Assembly: GCF_009914755.1 (NCBI RefSeq)
Contig: NC_060927.1
Reading direction: 5' to 3' (one strand)
Length of the DNA: 64,000 nucleotides
From: the human T2T-CHM13v2.0 reference genome, Homo sapiens
In this document: positions 51,481 to 64,000 of the stretch, in pieces
Layout: the number at the start of each line of letters is the position of its first letter
Numbering within the stretch: the stretch's first letter is position 1
The notes under the pieces: generated by a model
What the model was told of the DNA's origin: nothing
What the model saw: only the letters and a program-made list of their open reading frames with translations
Databases searched by the model: none
Translations under genes and position numbers: made by a program

Positions 51481-52474
51481 CAACATGAGCAAGTATACAG
51501 TGGAAGGCATAATAAAGTTAGAAAGGTCTAAAATACATTATCTGAAAAATATGTAGTTTTCCTTTAAAGTACAACCTGTTCAAGGGAAGACATCATATAT
51601 TTTAATTTGTTATAAAACATGCCAAAGCCTAACATATTGCTAAAAATGTCTGATACATACAATATGCAATAACTAACACACAAGTATATTTCTATTTATT
51701 TATCCCAACTCTTAAATATAATTTAAATGTAAAAATCCAATGGAAAAATGCAGAGTTAGGAAGTTAAATTTTTGTATTTATTTGAAATTCATTTATTCTG
51801 CACAGACACTTTCCAGTTAATCTAACATTTATGCTCCCATGTAGTATTAACCCTACATAATTCCTGAGGAACAGTAGTATCCTGTGAAACTCCTCTCCAT
51901 CTAGTGTTCCCTGAAGTCCCAGAGAACTTCTTCATGATACTGGAAAAAATTCTAAGAGTTTTCCCCCTTATTGAATTTGAACTCATAATGATTTCCCTTC
52001 AGATCTTTTGTATTCAATATAAGTGGTCTTGCTCTGGTTAAATTATAGGTTCCAAATGAGTCTGCTACTAAAAAATTATTTCATTTTGTTTTACCACCAT
52101 AATAAACAATATTACTACTTTGTAGTTTCTTCACCACAAGATAAGATAAGCAGTCATAAAAGTATGTCATGTCAGTTGCATTATTACTGTTGTTGTTTTT
52201 TATTTTCTTAGATATTCCACAAAGTTTCAGTGTAGCAGGTTTTAGCTTGGGAAGAGGTAAAAATGCTATAGAAAAGACAGATATACTGAAATAAAAGAAA
52301 AAAGGCAGCAAGCACATAAGTTGAGAAAACTAATCAGGTGACACATTTCCTCATTGTTACCTTGAGTTCTATTCATTTATCTTGGCAATAAAAATGTCAT
52401 CTGTCAGATACATGCGTTTTATTAAGCAAAGACTTTTTTTGTCAAGATTGAGAAAAGTGAAATCAGCAACATGG

Positions 52475-52846
52475 TGTATTAGTTCATTCTCACACTGCTG
52501 TAAAGAAATACGTGAGACTGAGTGATTAACACAGGAAAGAGATTTAATGGACTCAAGTCCTGCATGGCTGGACAGGCCTCAGGAAACTTACAGTCATGGC
52601 AGAAGGGAAAGCAGTCACCTCTCTTACATGGCAGCAGGAGAGAGTGAGTGTGTGAAGAAGGAACTGTCAAACACTTATAAAACCATCAGATCTTGTGAGA
52701 CCTCATTCATTATCATGAGAACAGCATGGGGAAACTGCTCCATGATCCAATCACCTACCACCGGTTTCCTCCCTGGACACGTGGGAAGTATGGAGATTAC
52801 AAATCGAGATAAGATTTGGGTGGGGACACAGAGCCAAACCATATCA
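52475..52846 (-). mobile_element. THE1D-like MaLR solo LTR
   Basis: tgtattagttcattctcacactgctg..cttataaaaccatcagatcttgtgaga..ggggacacagagccaaaccatatca; TSD catgg/catag. Confidence 0.9.
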
Positions 52847-54774
52847 CATAGCTTACAAAAAGTTTTCTGCAATGTTTATGTCTGAATATCTTTATCTTTT
52901 TGCTATTTCCTCCAAAGAGGAATAGACTGTGAGCTATAATCCTGGATAATCTTCCATAGTATGTGTAAAAAATATTTTTGTCTTTCAAACATTAATCAAA
53001 CAAAACATATATTTGATAACATCTGGCTATTTATACAATAGTCACTTTAGATTCAGTTTATTATAAATGTACTTAATTTACATAAGTGATTATGAAAATG
53101 ATTTTCCTGCATTTTTTTTTCTTATAACATTCTTTTTAAGTTTATGTGTTAACATTACACAGGCCTTCTAAGATTCAGTGGGAGATATTACTTAGTCTCC
53201 ATTCTTGGGAAGAATTTTGATAATGTTCACATTATTGCTTAATGGTTTAGTAAACTTCACTAACGGGCTCATCGAGGTTTAATGTTTTCTTTGTGGCTGG
53301 GTTATTAAGTATAGATTTGAGTCCCTTAATGATTGTAAGACAAGTTTGATCTGTATCAATTTTATCTGTCATCAAATTTAGTTATATATTTGTAATATTA
53401 TTTTAATAGTAGACCTAAAGGTTAGCATCTGTTAGTTGAGCTCGGTTGTTGCTGTTACTGCTATTTAACTAAAGTGATACTGTCTCATTTAGCTTTTTTT
53501 TTTAACTAAATGCTATATCTTAAGCACGAAAGATTATAGAGTATGTAATATACTTAACGATAATGTTATCTTCCTTGGATAAAATTTACTTTTGTAATGG
53601 GCTAGGGTAGAGGTGCTAGAAATAACAAATCTACTTATTCCATTCAGAGATTTAGAGAATTCATATTTGGCTGCAATCATAGGTGTTTATCTATCTCCTA
53701 TTCACGTTTTTCCCTAAATTGTAGGCCTCTGGGACTCCAACACAAAGACTAGAGGGATACCAGGGACCTCCTTTCATCAATTATGAACTCTAATATTTGT
53801 TGAAAGCATTGCTTAGCTTGTCATTCTCCACTTAAAAAAACTGTCAGTCACATTAAGAGGAAAACAGTAAGGTAGGTCTGACATGTCACTCTGGATTCCT
53901 CATTCCCTAGATTTCGGCCCTGTAATTATTTACTTTTGTGTGATACATTCAAACTAAGACTTCGACATTTTTTTCCAGATTTTTTTTTCTTAATTGTCAA
54001 TGAGAATTTGTTTGGAAACATTGTAAAAATACTTTGCCAGAAGCTATTGCTTTATTTTTTCAATATACAATGTGTGAGGGAAGGCTGCAACATGAAAGGT
54101 AAAGAACAAAACAAACAGAAAGGAAAAACAAAAAACAGATAAAATGGCAGAAAGAAATCAAACTCTAAATACAATCCAGAGAGATGATAGGTAGGTGCAT
54201 TTAAGGGGAAAATAATTTATCATTAAAGTATAACATTTAGAAAACATGAAAGTGTTCCTGAGAAGTAAAAAAATATAATAACACTAATAAAATAATTAAA
54301 ATATGGAAAGAAATGTTGATAAATTCTCTCAAAAATTTGACTGTATAAAAATATAATTTATGAAAATAAGGATTAAAAAGTTACAAAAAAGCATAAAGGA
54401 CTAATAACGAACATCTACTAAGAGAGAACAGAAGAAATTGGAAAGATATTAATTAAAATTAAATTTTCCAGAACTAATGAATATATAGAAAAGTCTTACT
54501 AAATTGAATAATCAGAACAATGAATGAAAGAAGGATCATGACATGTAATTTCATCTTGAAATTAGGAGAAAATAATACATTTATTTTGAGATAAAGTAAA
54601 AAGTTAAGAATAAGAATATGTCAGTTTTAATGATTGAAAGTAAAAGGAATAAATATATATATTTAATTCTCAACCTTCTGGAGAAAAATATGGCTTAAAA
54701 TATATTGTTAAATTATTAATTAAGGATGAGGTAGAAAAAATTACGTTTTTAGATATATCATCTTTTTAAAAATT

Positions 54775-55065
<291 letters not shown>

Positions 55066-56658
55066 ACATGTCACCTTTTAAAAATACTATCTGTCATGCA
55101 TATTTTCTTTCTTGGGAAGTTGTTTAAGGATATATTTAAAGAAAAAGGATTAACCCAAAATGAAAAAAAAATGCAGTGTCTATTTTTAAAAAGCAACAAA
55201 CAAAAATTATAGATCAAATTCAGGATAAAAGGCAAATGAAAATGTCAAGAGGATTAATAAATACATGTTCTGAAAACTCGTTGTAAAGCAGCCTTTGACT
55301 AGAGCAGGAAGACAAAGGAATATAAAAAATACCATCTTTAAGAAAGTAAAGGAGAACTGACAGATACCTGATGTGATGCACCAAAATGACAAATTGTTAA
55401 ATTTGATAAAATGTCCATTTCAATTTCATTTTTAAATAATGGATCCTAAATCTTCAAATAAATATATTGTCTGTTAAATTAGTTTCCCTGATGTTTAAAA
55501 GAAATAAAACGTTTCAAAAGATACTAGTGGGAAAAGTGTACAATTTTAGAGCTAGAAAGCAAAAAAAACAGTGTCATTGAATCCAAGCATGAGCAGAATT
55601 TCAAAATGAAAGGTGGGGTAAATATTGATCCAAGGTTGGAGAGTCAATGGTGATGGAATTCTTCAGGTTATGTTAAGGGGGAAGTTTCTCAGGGAAAAAA
55701 ACAAACTAATAAAAAAACCTTAATAGCAGATACTCAATACAATGAAAAGCACAACAGACATTATTAAGAAAAAGATATTATAAATCATATTAAAGGAAAT
55801 ATGTAGTATTAGTATTTATGTATACAATATAGTCTATAGTTACTTTGAAAGAGTAAATAATCATGAATATATTATAAGAAATTTGACATGGAAGTTATTA
55901 AAACTTGTTATGTGAAATATTGAAATACTTTATTAATTTCATTACAATTATTTCCATGTGCATTTCTAGTTGCAACAGTTTTTGTGATTCTTGTAAAGAA
56001 GCATAATGTGACTTAAAATGAAATCCATCCTATTCAAAAGTGATTCAGAGGTGATTACTCTTTAGCAAATTCAAAAACTTAAAGCATTCAACAAAATAAG
56101 GAAGAAAGTTCACTCTAATGTAAAGCCAATGCTTTTAAACTGTCATAAGAATTGTTGAAGAGTGAGTAAACACACATTTTGTCACTAAATGTCCATATCA
56201 CTCTTCCTACTACACATGTAATCACTAACCTCTTAGCAAGGGACGTGAATCCAATCTAATCCCTGGATTTAGCCCAAATCTAAGATCTCTTTATGGTAAC
56301 TAGTTTTCTCCATTAAGTTTCAATAAGGGTCCTTATGGCCTGGTGTCTTAATAAAAATATGCACTATATATACACCCTGTGATATTGTAATAGGAAAAAA
56401 ATTACTTAAATGAACAATTTCATTCAGACAAGAGACAAACAAGAGACACACATGCTTCATTATTTGTTTCACTTATGATATTATCTGTTTCACTTATGAT
56501 ATTCCATAAGCTGGCAGTGGGGAAATTTTCTTGCTCGGACCTTAATTGTAGCTTTGGGACAAACTCTCTTATCCGTTGTTTTTTTGTCACCTCTGCTTCC
56601 CCTATTGCTACATCTAAAGAGGACACTGGTATGTATTTCCTTCTTGTAGGTGTCTGCC

Positions 56659-56948
56659 TTTTATTTTATTTTTTATTTTTATCTATTTATTTTTTTTTTG
56701 AGACAGAGTCTCACTCTGTCACCCAGACTGGAGTGCAATTGTGCACAATCTCGAGGGTTCAAGCAATTCTCCTGCCTCAGCCTCCCGAGTAGCTGGGATT
56801 ACAGGCACCTGCCACCACCCCCCAGCTAATTTTCGTATTTTCAGTAGAGACAGGTTTCTCCATTTTTGCCAGGGTGGTCTCAAACTCCTGACCTCAAGTG
56901 ATTTGCCCATTTCGGCCACTCAAAGCACTGGGGTTATAGGCATGAGCC
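56659..56948 (-). mobile_element. AluS with slight 5' truncation and a ~23-bp right-arm deletion
   Basis: gtgcacaatctcg|agggttcaagc lacks gctcactgcaacctccgcctccc; ends ggcatgagcc. Confidence 0.93.
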
Positions 56949-57511
56949 TATAATCCTTTAAAACCTGCTTCCTGCATGTGTGAGTTTTGGGGTTAAAGCA
57001 TTATTTATAATTTAAAAAATGAAAGACATAATGAACTACAAAAAAGCCATTTTGTAGTGGGGAAGAGATGAAAGTGAGGGTAAGTACCTACATACAAGCT
57101 CTGGTAACAAACAATAAAATTAATAAAAAAAAATGGTACCCTAAAAAGAAACATGAAGATTGGCCAGCAAAATGGGGTAAAGTCCTCACATGCTTCGAGT
57201 GTAAGAAAAAAAACAATGTAAATTGAAATGAGCACAATAAAGGAGAGCTGAGTTAGCCCTTACTTATGAAACTTATAATCCCACAGTTTTATAATCTGTC
57301 CTTTCTCCGTAATAATTTAGAATGATAGCTATTACAATCCCTACACCATTGCATCCCATCACCACTTGATTTAAAGTTAAAAAAAACAACATATTATGGA
57401 TGACCCAAGACTAAAAGACATAAATTTATCCATGCACTTCTCAAATAAGCCACCAAATCTTAAAACCCCATCTTCATGGTCTGCATTCTTAGAGAGATGT
57501 CAGTATCAAAC

Positions 57512-58055
57512 ACACAGTCATTCAGGGTCTTAAGAAAAAAACATATGGGATATTCAAATCAGGCCATTTGAGTAGGGTTTAATGAAGAAACAATTTACAA
57601 AGATATGAGCAGTGTGAAAGGAAAACACAAATACTACTGAATGACAATAATTAGGCTGTTATCATTCTGGAACCTGAAAGAACAAAAGGAAAGGACACAT
57701 GCAGAAATTTGAAACAGAAACTTTGGGTAGATGTTAACTTCTAGTGGCTGTGATTTTATTCAGGAGATGCAGATAGCTCATGTTGACCTTAAAACATTGA
57801 ATTAGACAGGGGAAATATATACAATATCATACCCTCTTACTTCTCTCCAGTGTCTTGCTGGCATTGTGATCAGTTGAACTTAATTTCAAATGTAAGGACA
57901 AGGAAGCTGCTTTATGAGTAATAATTATGTCAGTTGTTGGGACAAAGAAAAAGTTGAGAAAGAGGCACTTTTTCTTTGTTGGGACAAAGAAAAAGTTGAG
58001 AAAGAGGCACAGAGAGAGGATCTAGGGTCTAAAACAGAAGGTATCTGTAACAGAT
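57512..58055 (-). mobile_element. LTR33-like ERVL LTR
   Basis: cagggtc..gatattcaaatcaggccatttgagtagggtttaatgaagaaacaatttacaaagatatgagcag..gctgttatcattctggaacctgaaag. Confidence 0.6.
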
Positions 58056-58191
58056 ATCAACATAATGGAACTCATATTGACCTAAACTTGGAAGTGATGT
58101 TTCAGATGTTACAACCGCATGTAAAATATCAACCTCAAACTTAGGGGATGAAAACAAAAGCAGCATAATTCAGGTTCCTGGGTTGGATCCT

Positions 58192-58547
58192 TGCTATAGT
58201 CTTAGTATTTGTGTCCCCCGTCCCTTCCCTCAAGTTCTTATGTTATAGTGTAATCAGCAATGTGATGGTATTAGAAGGTGGGGTCTTTGGGAGTGATTAG
58301 GTCATGCTCTCATGGATAGGATAAGTGTTTTTATTAAAGAGGCCTTAGAGAGCTGTCTCACCCTTTCCACTATGAGTGAGTACACAGTGAGAAGGCACCA
58401 GGAAAGGGGCCCTCATAAAATATCAAATCTGCTGACTCCTTGATCTTAAACTTCTGAGCCTCCAGAACTGTACAAAATAAATATCTGTGGTTTATGAGCC
58501 AACCAGTTTACATTATTTTGTTATTGCTGCCCAAATGAACTAAAACA
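58192..58547 (+). mobile_element. MLT1A0 MaLR LTR
   Basis: tgctatagtc..aatgtgatggtattagaaggtggggtctttgggagtgattaggtcatg..gcctccagaactgt..tgaactaaaaca. Confidence 0.85.
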
Positions 58548-59136
58548 TTCCTGAACTCTAAAAAGGATAGTTGTGAAACCTTGAGGAAATTGGTTGAATG
58601 GTATACTTTGTACTATATTTGCAACTTTATGTAAGCCTAAAATTATTTGTAAATAAGCTATACTAATAATTATAATAGTAATTTGCTATTATCTTTCACA
58701 GGACATAGAGTGGATTGGGCTTAACTAAGTATTTCCTGGTTGAGGTTTCTCATGCAGTTTCAGTCAGAGGATGTTGGCTGGAGATGGAGTCATCTGGAGG
58801 CTAGGACATTTGCCCACTCTGAAGAAAAAACAAACAGCTGAAGAAATCTCACTCCACCACTATTTGGTCACTCCGTATACTCTCTTCATCATGGAAGCTT
58901 CAGGGTAGCTGGACTACTAACATTGTGGATGAGGGCTCCTAAGGTACATGCATTGAAAAAAGAAAGCTGTGTTGTTTTTTATGACAGATGTAGAAGTCAT
59001 ATAACAGCACTTCTGCTGCAATTTGTTGGTTGATGTTATTAGAATTTTCTTAGGTTCAATGAGAATGGATATAATTCTCACAACTCAATAGAGGAATGTA
59101 AATATTACCGTAAAAGAAGAACATGTGGGATGGGAT

Positions 59137-59333
59137 CAGTATGTCCTGGAGCTGACTCACAAGGGTGGGTGGTTAGCATTACTTCTCAAATCTGCCTTCA
59201 GTGGCATCACATTGACATCTCAAAATAAGCGTGGTGGCAGTACTTACATCATAAAAATTGACAAATGAAACAAACACTATACCTCCACCTCATGCACATA
59301 GTCAGTTGTTAAACATTTACCAGTATATTACTA
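59137..59333 (-). mobile_element. MER63A-like hAT-Blackjack element
   Basis: Right end agttgttaaacatttaccagtatattacta resembles the reverse complement of CAGTGGTGTGCTGGTAAATGTTTAACAAC; left end cagtatgtcctggagctgactc. Confidence 0.6.
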
Positions 59334-60076
59334 GATGTGATGTATACTGATGCAGATCTCTTTAAAAAATTCTATCTCATACAAACATCCCACAGTTACA
59401 AAGTGGAGGGGCTCAAATTATAAGTTAAATGTGTCAAATTACCAACAGCAATCCAACTGTGGTAATATCAGTGATCAGGTGAGAGGAAAGAAATAAAGGA
59501 AAATTTGATGGCCCCAGGAACTGAGAATCCAGAAATTTAACACAACAATAATTCATACTTAAAAAGAGGGGTTCATACTCTGCATGAAACCCCTCTGATA
59601 GGAGCAAGTGCATTGAGAGGGGTCTTCTGATAGAAGCCCTATCAGATAGGCTGACAGGTAGGCCTGTCTGATAGGAGCAACTGAATTGAGAGGGGTATTC
59701 ACAGAAACCATTCATGAATTTGACGTTGGAAACCTACAAATGTTTGACATGCTAACAAAATAAAACAAAATTGAAACTCCTAAAATCTAAAGCAGATTAC
59801 AACAAATGTATGTATAGTCCATGGCAAATAACAAAGAAAAATTATTTCAATTAATTGTAGATCTAGACATGTGATGGCAGTTCTCTTGTGGGTTACATCC
59901 AAGGATAGGAAAAAAAATGTAAAAATGCTTAAAGTATTTCCAGTGATAACATTTAGCTACTAAGAGACCAAGAAAAAATGAAGATATACAAATATAAAAT
60001 AACTTATTTACTATATATTTTAGAATAACATTTGCTCTCACCGTATCCACTAAGAAAACTTAAAAATAATAAATAG

Positions 60077-60474
60077 TGTTCTGGGTTAAATTATGTCCCC
60101 TCAAAATTCATGTTGAAATACTAAACCCCAGTGTCTCAAAATGTGAGTGTATTTTGAAATGGGGCCTTGGAGAGATAATTATGTTTAAATAAAGTCATAT
60201 GGCTGGGCCCTAATTCAATCTGACTGGTGTTCTTATAAGACGAAATTTGGACACAGGGATTCCAGGGGTATGAGTGCGGAGAGACAGCCATGTGAAGAAG
60301 CAGTAAGAGAGCGACCATCTGGAAGCCAAGGAGAGAGGTCTCAGAAGAAACCGACTCTACTGGCACCTTGATCTTGGACTTCTAGCCTCCAAAATTGTGA
60401 AACAGTAAATCTTTTTTTGTTTAAGCCACCCAGTCTCTGGTGTTTTGTGGTGGCAGGCAGTGAAAGCTAAGACA
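60077..60474 (+). mobile_element. MLT1B MaLR LTR
   Basis: tgttctgggttaaattatgtcccctcaaaattcatgttgaa..gggccctaattcaatctgactggtgttcttataaga..gcaccttgatcttggacttctagcctcca..ctaagaca. Confidence 0.88.
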
Positions 60475-61498
60475 GTCAGAAACAATGAGAAGCTATAGTG
60501 CTGAAAAGATGGTCATTAAATCCTGTCTTCCTCTCTCAAAAGGAGCAACGATTCTTTGAAAAAATGACAAATTTCAGATCTGAGCAGAAAAAGTACAAGA
60601 TAGGCCTAAAACAACTTTGTCATAAAAAGCAAAAACCTATCAAAATCTACTTGTCATATTGAAAAGATTTAGTGGCCACCTTTAAGTAGCTCCCACTGTC
60701 AAAAAATGCTGTAACATAAGCATCAAAGAAAAAACAAACAAAAACTACAATAGAAGGAAATATATCAACTATGTTTAAATCTATGGTTTTCTAATGGCTA
60801 AAAGAAAAAAAAAACACTCTGGTCACTTTTAGATAATGCAGGACAATTAACTCATCATTTTAATTTCTTATTAAATAAAATAAAGATGCATTTATTCCTC
60901 CCTCCCTTTGTATGCTGTGAAACAGCCCAAGCAAGTTGTGGAAGAAAGGATGTTTTCCCTTTAAAGGAACAACCTGTATAAATATAATTCAGCTAATAAA
61001 TAAGAAAGACAATATAAAATTATAATTTTGCTATTTTGCAACTATTATCAAAATAAAAAGTCTAAGCTATTAGCAAAAAGAAACAGAGAGTAGATACTTT
61101 CTGATGAGAGAACACACTACAATCCTTGCAGTGTTCTTGCCAAAAAATTAAATAAAATGATAATAATAATTAATTCCAAGTCAGCTCAATCATGTAGATT
61201 TGATTGCCAGGTTATAGGAAACACAAGAGTCAAAAAAACATGATATAACACAATGTTACAATACAATCTTTCTCAATTTCAGTTAGGTCGAGCAAGCAAT
61301 CTAGCTTCTTCAACAAATAAATAGCAAGATTGAAACATGATAGAGATAGGGTGGGTAACCTACAAATTAAAAAAAAAGGATTAAGAGACATATGAATTGT
61401 ACTATATGATGTTTATCTGGAATTTGAGTAGACCCAAGAAAATCAAGTATAAGGCCATCAGAAAATGGTGAGTACTGACTAGCTATTTGTAAATAGTA

Positions 61499-61703
61499 AG
61501 AACACTTGGACACAGGGCGGAGAACTTCACACACCGGGGCCTGTCATGGGGTGGGGGGAGGGGGAAGGCATAGCATTAGGAGAAATACCTAATATAAATG
61601 ATGAGTTAATGGGTGCAGCAAACCAACATGGCACATGTTTACATAGGTAACAAACCTGCATGTTGTGCAAATGTACCCTAGAACTGAAAGTATAATTAAA
61701 AAA
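61499..61703 (+). mobile_element. Short 5'-truncated L1PA (about PA4-7) 3' end
   Basis: gaacacttggacacaggg..atagcattaggagaaatacctaat..gggtgcagcaaaccaacatggcacatg..accctagaactgaaagtataat. Confidence 0.92.
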
Positions 61704-62439
61704 TTGTTTTAGACACAATGATAATACTGTGGTTATATATTTTAAAAGACATCTGGCTTTTAGTAATATATACAATTAAGAAAAAACTTAAAATTGAAAG
61801 TCAAATTTGTTCTTTGTGTTTTTCTGATACCTTGCATTAATGGTAGCTTTATTTCTTGTGTGTTTGGTAATTTTTACTATGAGTTAACTTTTGGCTGATT
61901 TTTTTTCTTGACATACTAAAGGGTTTGTATTCAGAAATTATTTCTTCAGGTACGATTTGCATTTCTGCTTCTAGGTTAAAAGGGCATACCAATTCTGATG
62001 CTTTATTCATTTAATTGCTTTGTTTGGCATTTTTATTCATATGAAGCACCAAATTACTATGTTAGAACATTGGCATGATCATAGGTTTCCATAGACTATA
62101 ACGGTATTATGTACATATTTTTCCAGCTGGAACTGGAAAAGTCAGACATTCTCTTTGCTTCCACTCTACAATCACTTTGCCACTTGCTGGACCTTTCTAA
62201 GCCTGTGGTTAACTCTTTGAGCTCCAATATTATTTGTGATCTAGGATTTATCTTTTCAATTTCTATTAGCCTGAAGTAGGTTTCTTTTTCCTTCACAAAT
62301 CGAAAATATAGCCCAAAATGCTTTATGAACTGAGATTTGGAGCAGGTATTGTGCATTTTTTTTAAGAAAACCATGTTAAATGCTGAAAATTCAAATATGT
62401 AGCCTACTCTTTCACTGAACTTGTATGCTGATTCACAGT

Positions 62440-63730
62440 ACTTTTCCTTGTCTTTTAACCTTTTCTCTCATCCCCTGCAGTGATTAGCCATAATCATCAA
62501 AATTCTTTATAATATTCCTTTCAAGCCTCCACCTCCTTTAATTTTGGCACACGTTATTATCATCCCTTACCTCCTTTACACCACCAGGAAGTTCATGCAT
62601 GAATACCCTTAACTCATGCTCTACAAATTCCCATAAACTTATTTGTGTCTCATCATTGTTTTTATTTCACTCACTCTTAAGTGCAAGGTCAAAGTCGATC
62701 TTTATACCTGTGTCTTCATTCAATGCATTTCTCTCTTGCATTTCCTTTAAAACATAAAATTCAGGCATGAGGGCTATTTACTTGATCTCTCATACTCCCC
62801 CATAAATTTATATCCATCTCATTAATCATTTCCACCTTCTTTTTAATATAGTTGTGATTCTTATTCAATCCACTACTGTCTCTTTGGAACTTTATTCCAT
62901 CAATGTCTCATTGCTATTTATCAACTTTGATTTTACCTGTGTATGGATCATTCATCCCACCCATAAATATAACCAACCCCCACACACATACACCCCTACC
63001 AAGGAAACCCACCATTGACTCCACTTCCAGCTTCCAACATTTTTTCAGCTTTATTGAGGTATATTGACACATATAAAGTGTATATATTCAAGGTGTACAA
63101 TGCAATGTTCTTATACATATATACATTGTGAAATGATTACCATAATGAAGCTGATTAATATATCCATCACCTCACAGAGTCAGCTTTTTATTTTTTTGTG
63201 GTGAGAATACCTAAGATCTAGTCTCTTAGCAGATTTCAAGTGTGCAATACATTAAGAAGGAAATCGTATTGTTTGGATGAACCTGGTATAAACCTGGAGG
63301 ATATTATGCTAAGTGAAATAACCTAGTCACAGAAAGACCAATACTACATGATCTCACTTACATGCGGTAGCTTCAAACTTTTGCTGTCTTCTTTACATCA
63401 CTAATAAGCTTCTCCGAAGAGTAATATGCATAGTGACATCTCTTCTTCACTAAATACTTACTCCAATCCCCAATGCAATTGGCATACATCTCCACAACTA
63501 TGCTGAAACTGGTTTTGAACAGTCACTAATTACTTTTGAATTACTAAATCTAATGGATGGACAAATATCTATTATCTAAACATATGTAGATGTAGCTTTT
63601 GACACTTGCACTGGTTTTAAATATCTACTTCCCACCCCTCCCCATCTCCCAGTTGTACTACTCTTTTCTGATTCTTCTTTTGAACTTGTTCCATTCAAAA
63701 TGCTTGCTTTGGTGACTTTTTTTCCTTCCG
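62440..63730 (+). mobile_element. L2 relic interrupted by L1MA
   Basis: ctccaatccccaatgcaattggcat..tgctgaaactgg..gtcactaattacttt..actaaatctaatgga..gtagcttttgacac. Confidence 0.55.
63040..63367 (-). mobile_element. L1MA9/10-type insertion with 5' inversion
   Basis: Minus-strand 3' end 63040-63253 (cagctttattgaggtata..tatccatcacctcac) followed by a plus-strand segment 63254-63367 (cctggaggatattatgctaagtgaaataa); TSD agcttccaacattt / agcttcaaactttt. Confidence 0.82.
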
Positions 63731-63736
63731 TAGAGT

Positions 63737-63823
63737 GTTAGGAGATAATTCTCCATGGGTTTCTCATATTTCTGTATGTCTTATGATCAGAGGCACTGAC
63801 AGTTTTTGTTGGGAGCTATATTT
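63737..63823 (+). mobile_element. ERV1-type LTR 5' start (MER89/MER90-like)
   Basis: tgttaggagataattctccatgggtttctcatatttctgtatgtctt..cagaggcactgac. Confidence 0.5.
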
Positions 63824-64000
63824 TGTGGTAGGCAGAATAATGTCAACCCCTGCCTCCAACCTCAAGGAGTTCCACAGTCTAATCCCTAGAGTCTGTGAAC
63901 ATGTTCTGTTACATGGAAAACCTAAATTTTCAAATGTAATTATAACTAAGAACCTGAAAATAAGATTATCCTGGTGGATCCAATCTAACTACAGAGCCCT
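63824..64000 (+). mobile_element. MLT1D/E-type LTR 5' part, runs off the window end
   Basis: tgtggtaggcagaataatg..ctaatccctagagtctgtgaacatgtt..gttacatggaaaa..agattatcctgg. Confidence 0.78.

Larger units (their letters stand above)
58095..59385 (-). mobile_element. MLT1G/H-type LTR split by nested L1ME 3' piece, MLT1A0 and MER63A
   Basis: gtttctcatgcagtttcagtcag..ggctggagatggagtcatctggaggct..cttcagggtagctggact..agaagtcatataacagcacttctgc..gaagaacatgtgggatggga. Confidence 0.65.
59400..61760 (+). mobile_element. L1MC/MD-type 3'UTR relic hosting MLT1B and L1PA inserts
   Basis: tttcagatctgagcagaaaaagtacaagataggcct, gccacctttaagtagctcccactg, gattaagagacatat, gataatactgtggttatat. Confidence 0.6.

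Noticed and set aside
61548-61569. G-rich tract with G-quadruplex potential
   Set aside because: Standard L1PA 3'UTR polypurine tract, not specific to this locus

Overview
AT-rich, CpG-poor primate DNA (probably human, judged from AluY and L1PA copies) that looks like a gene desert or deep intron. I found no supportable protein-coding exon, RNA gene, CpG island or CRISPR array, and the supplied ORFs are chance or repeat-derived. The window is a layered archive of transposable elements: about 11 Alus, L1 pieces of many ages (including a nested L1 stack at ~32.3-41.5 kb), L2/MIR/CR1 relics, many MaLR and ERVL LTRs (including a complete MSTA LTR-int-LTR provirus), two inverted ERVL dUTPase relics, hAT DNA transposons (MER1B, MER58A, MER63A, MER94) and microsatellites. 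I see no evidence for a new biological system. The most notable signals are mutational: a palindromic AT-rich repeat at ~13.7-13.9 kb, a fold-back rearrangement linking two opposed L1s (36.3/37.2 kb), small template-switch duplications (57.9 kb, 59.6 kb), a duplicated MER1B terminus, and a (CA)23 tract that arose inside an Alu target-site duplication. Repeat subfamilies were assigned by eye from remembered consensus sequences, so boundaries of old elements are approximate and need RepeatMasker/Dfam confirmation.
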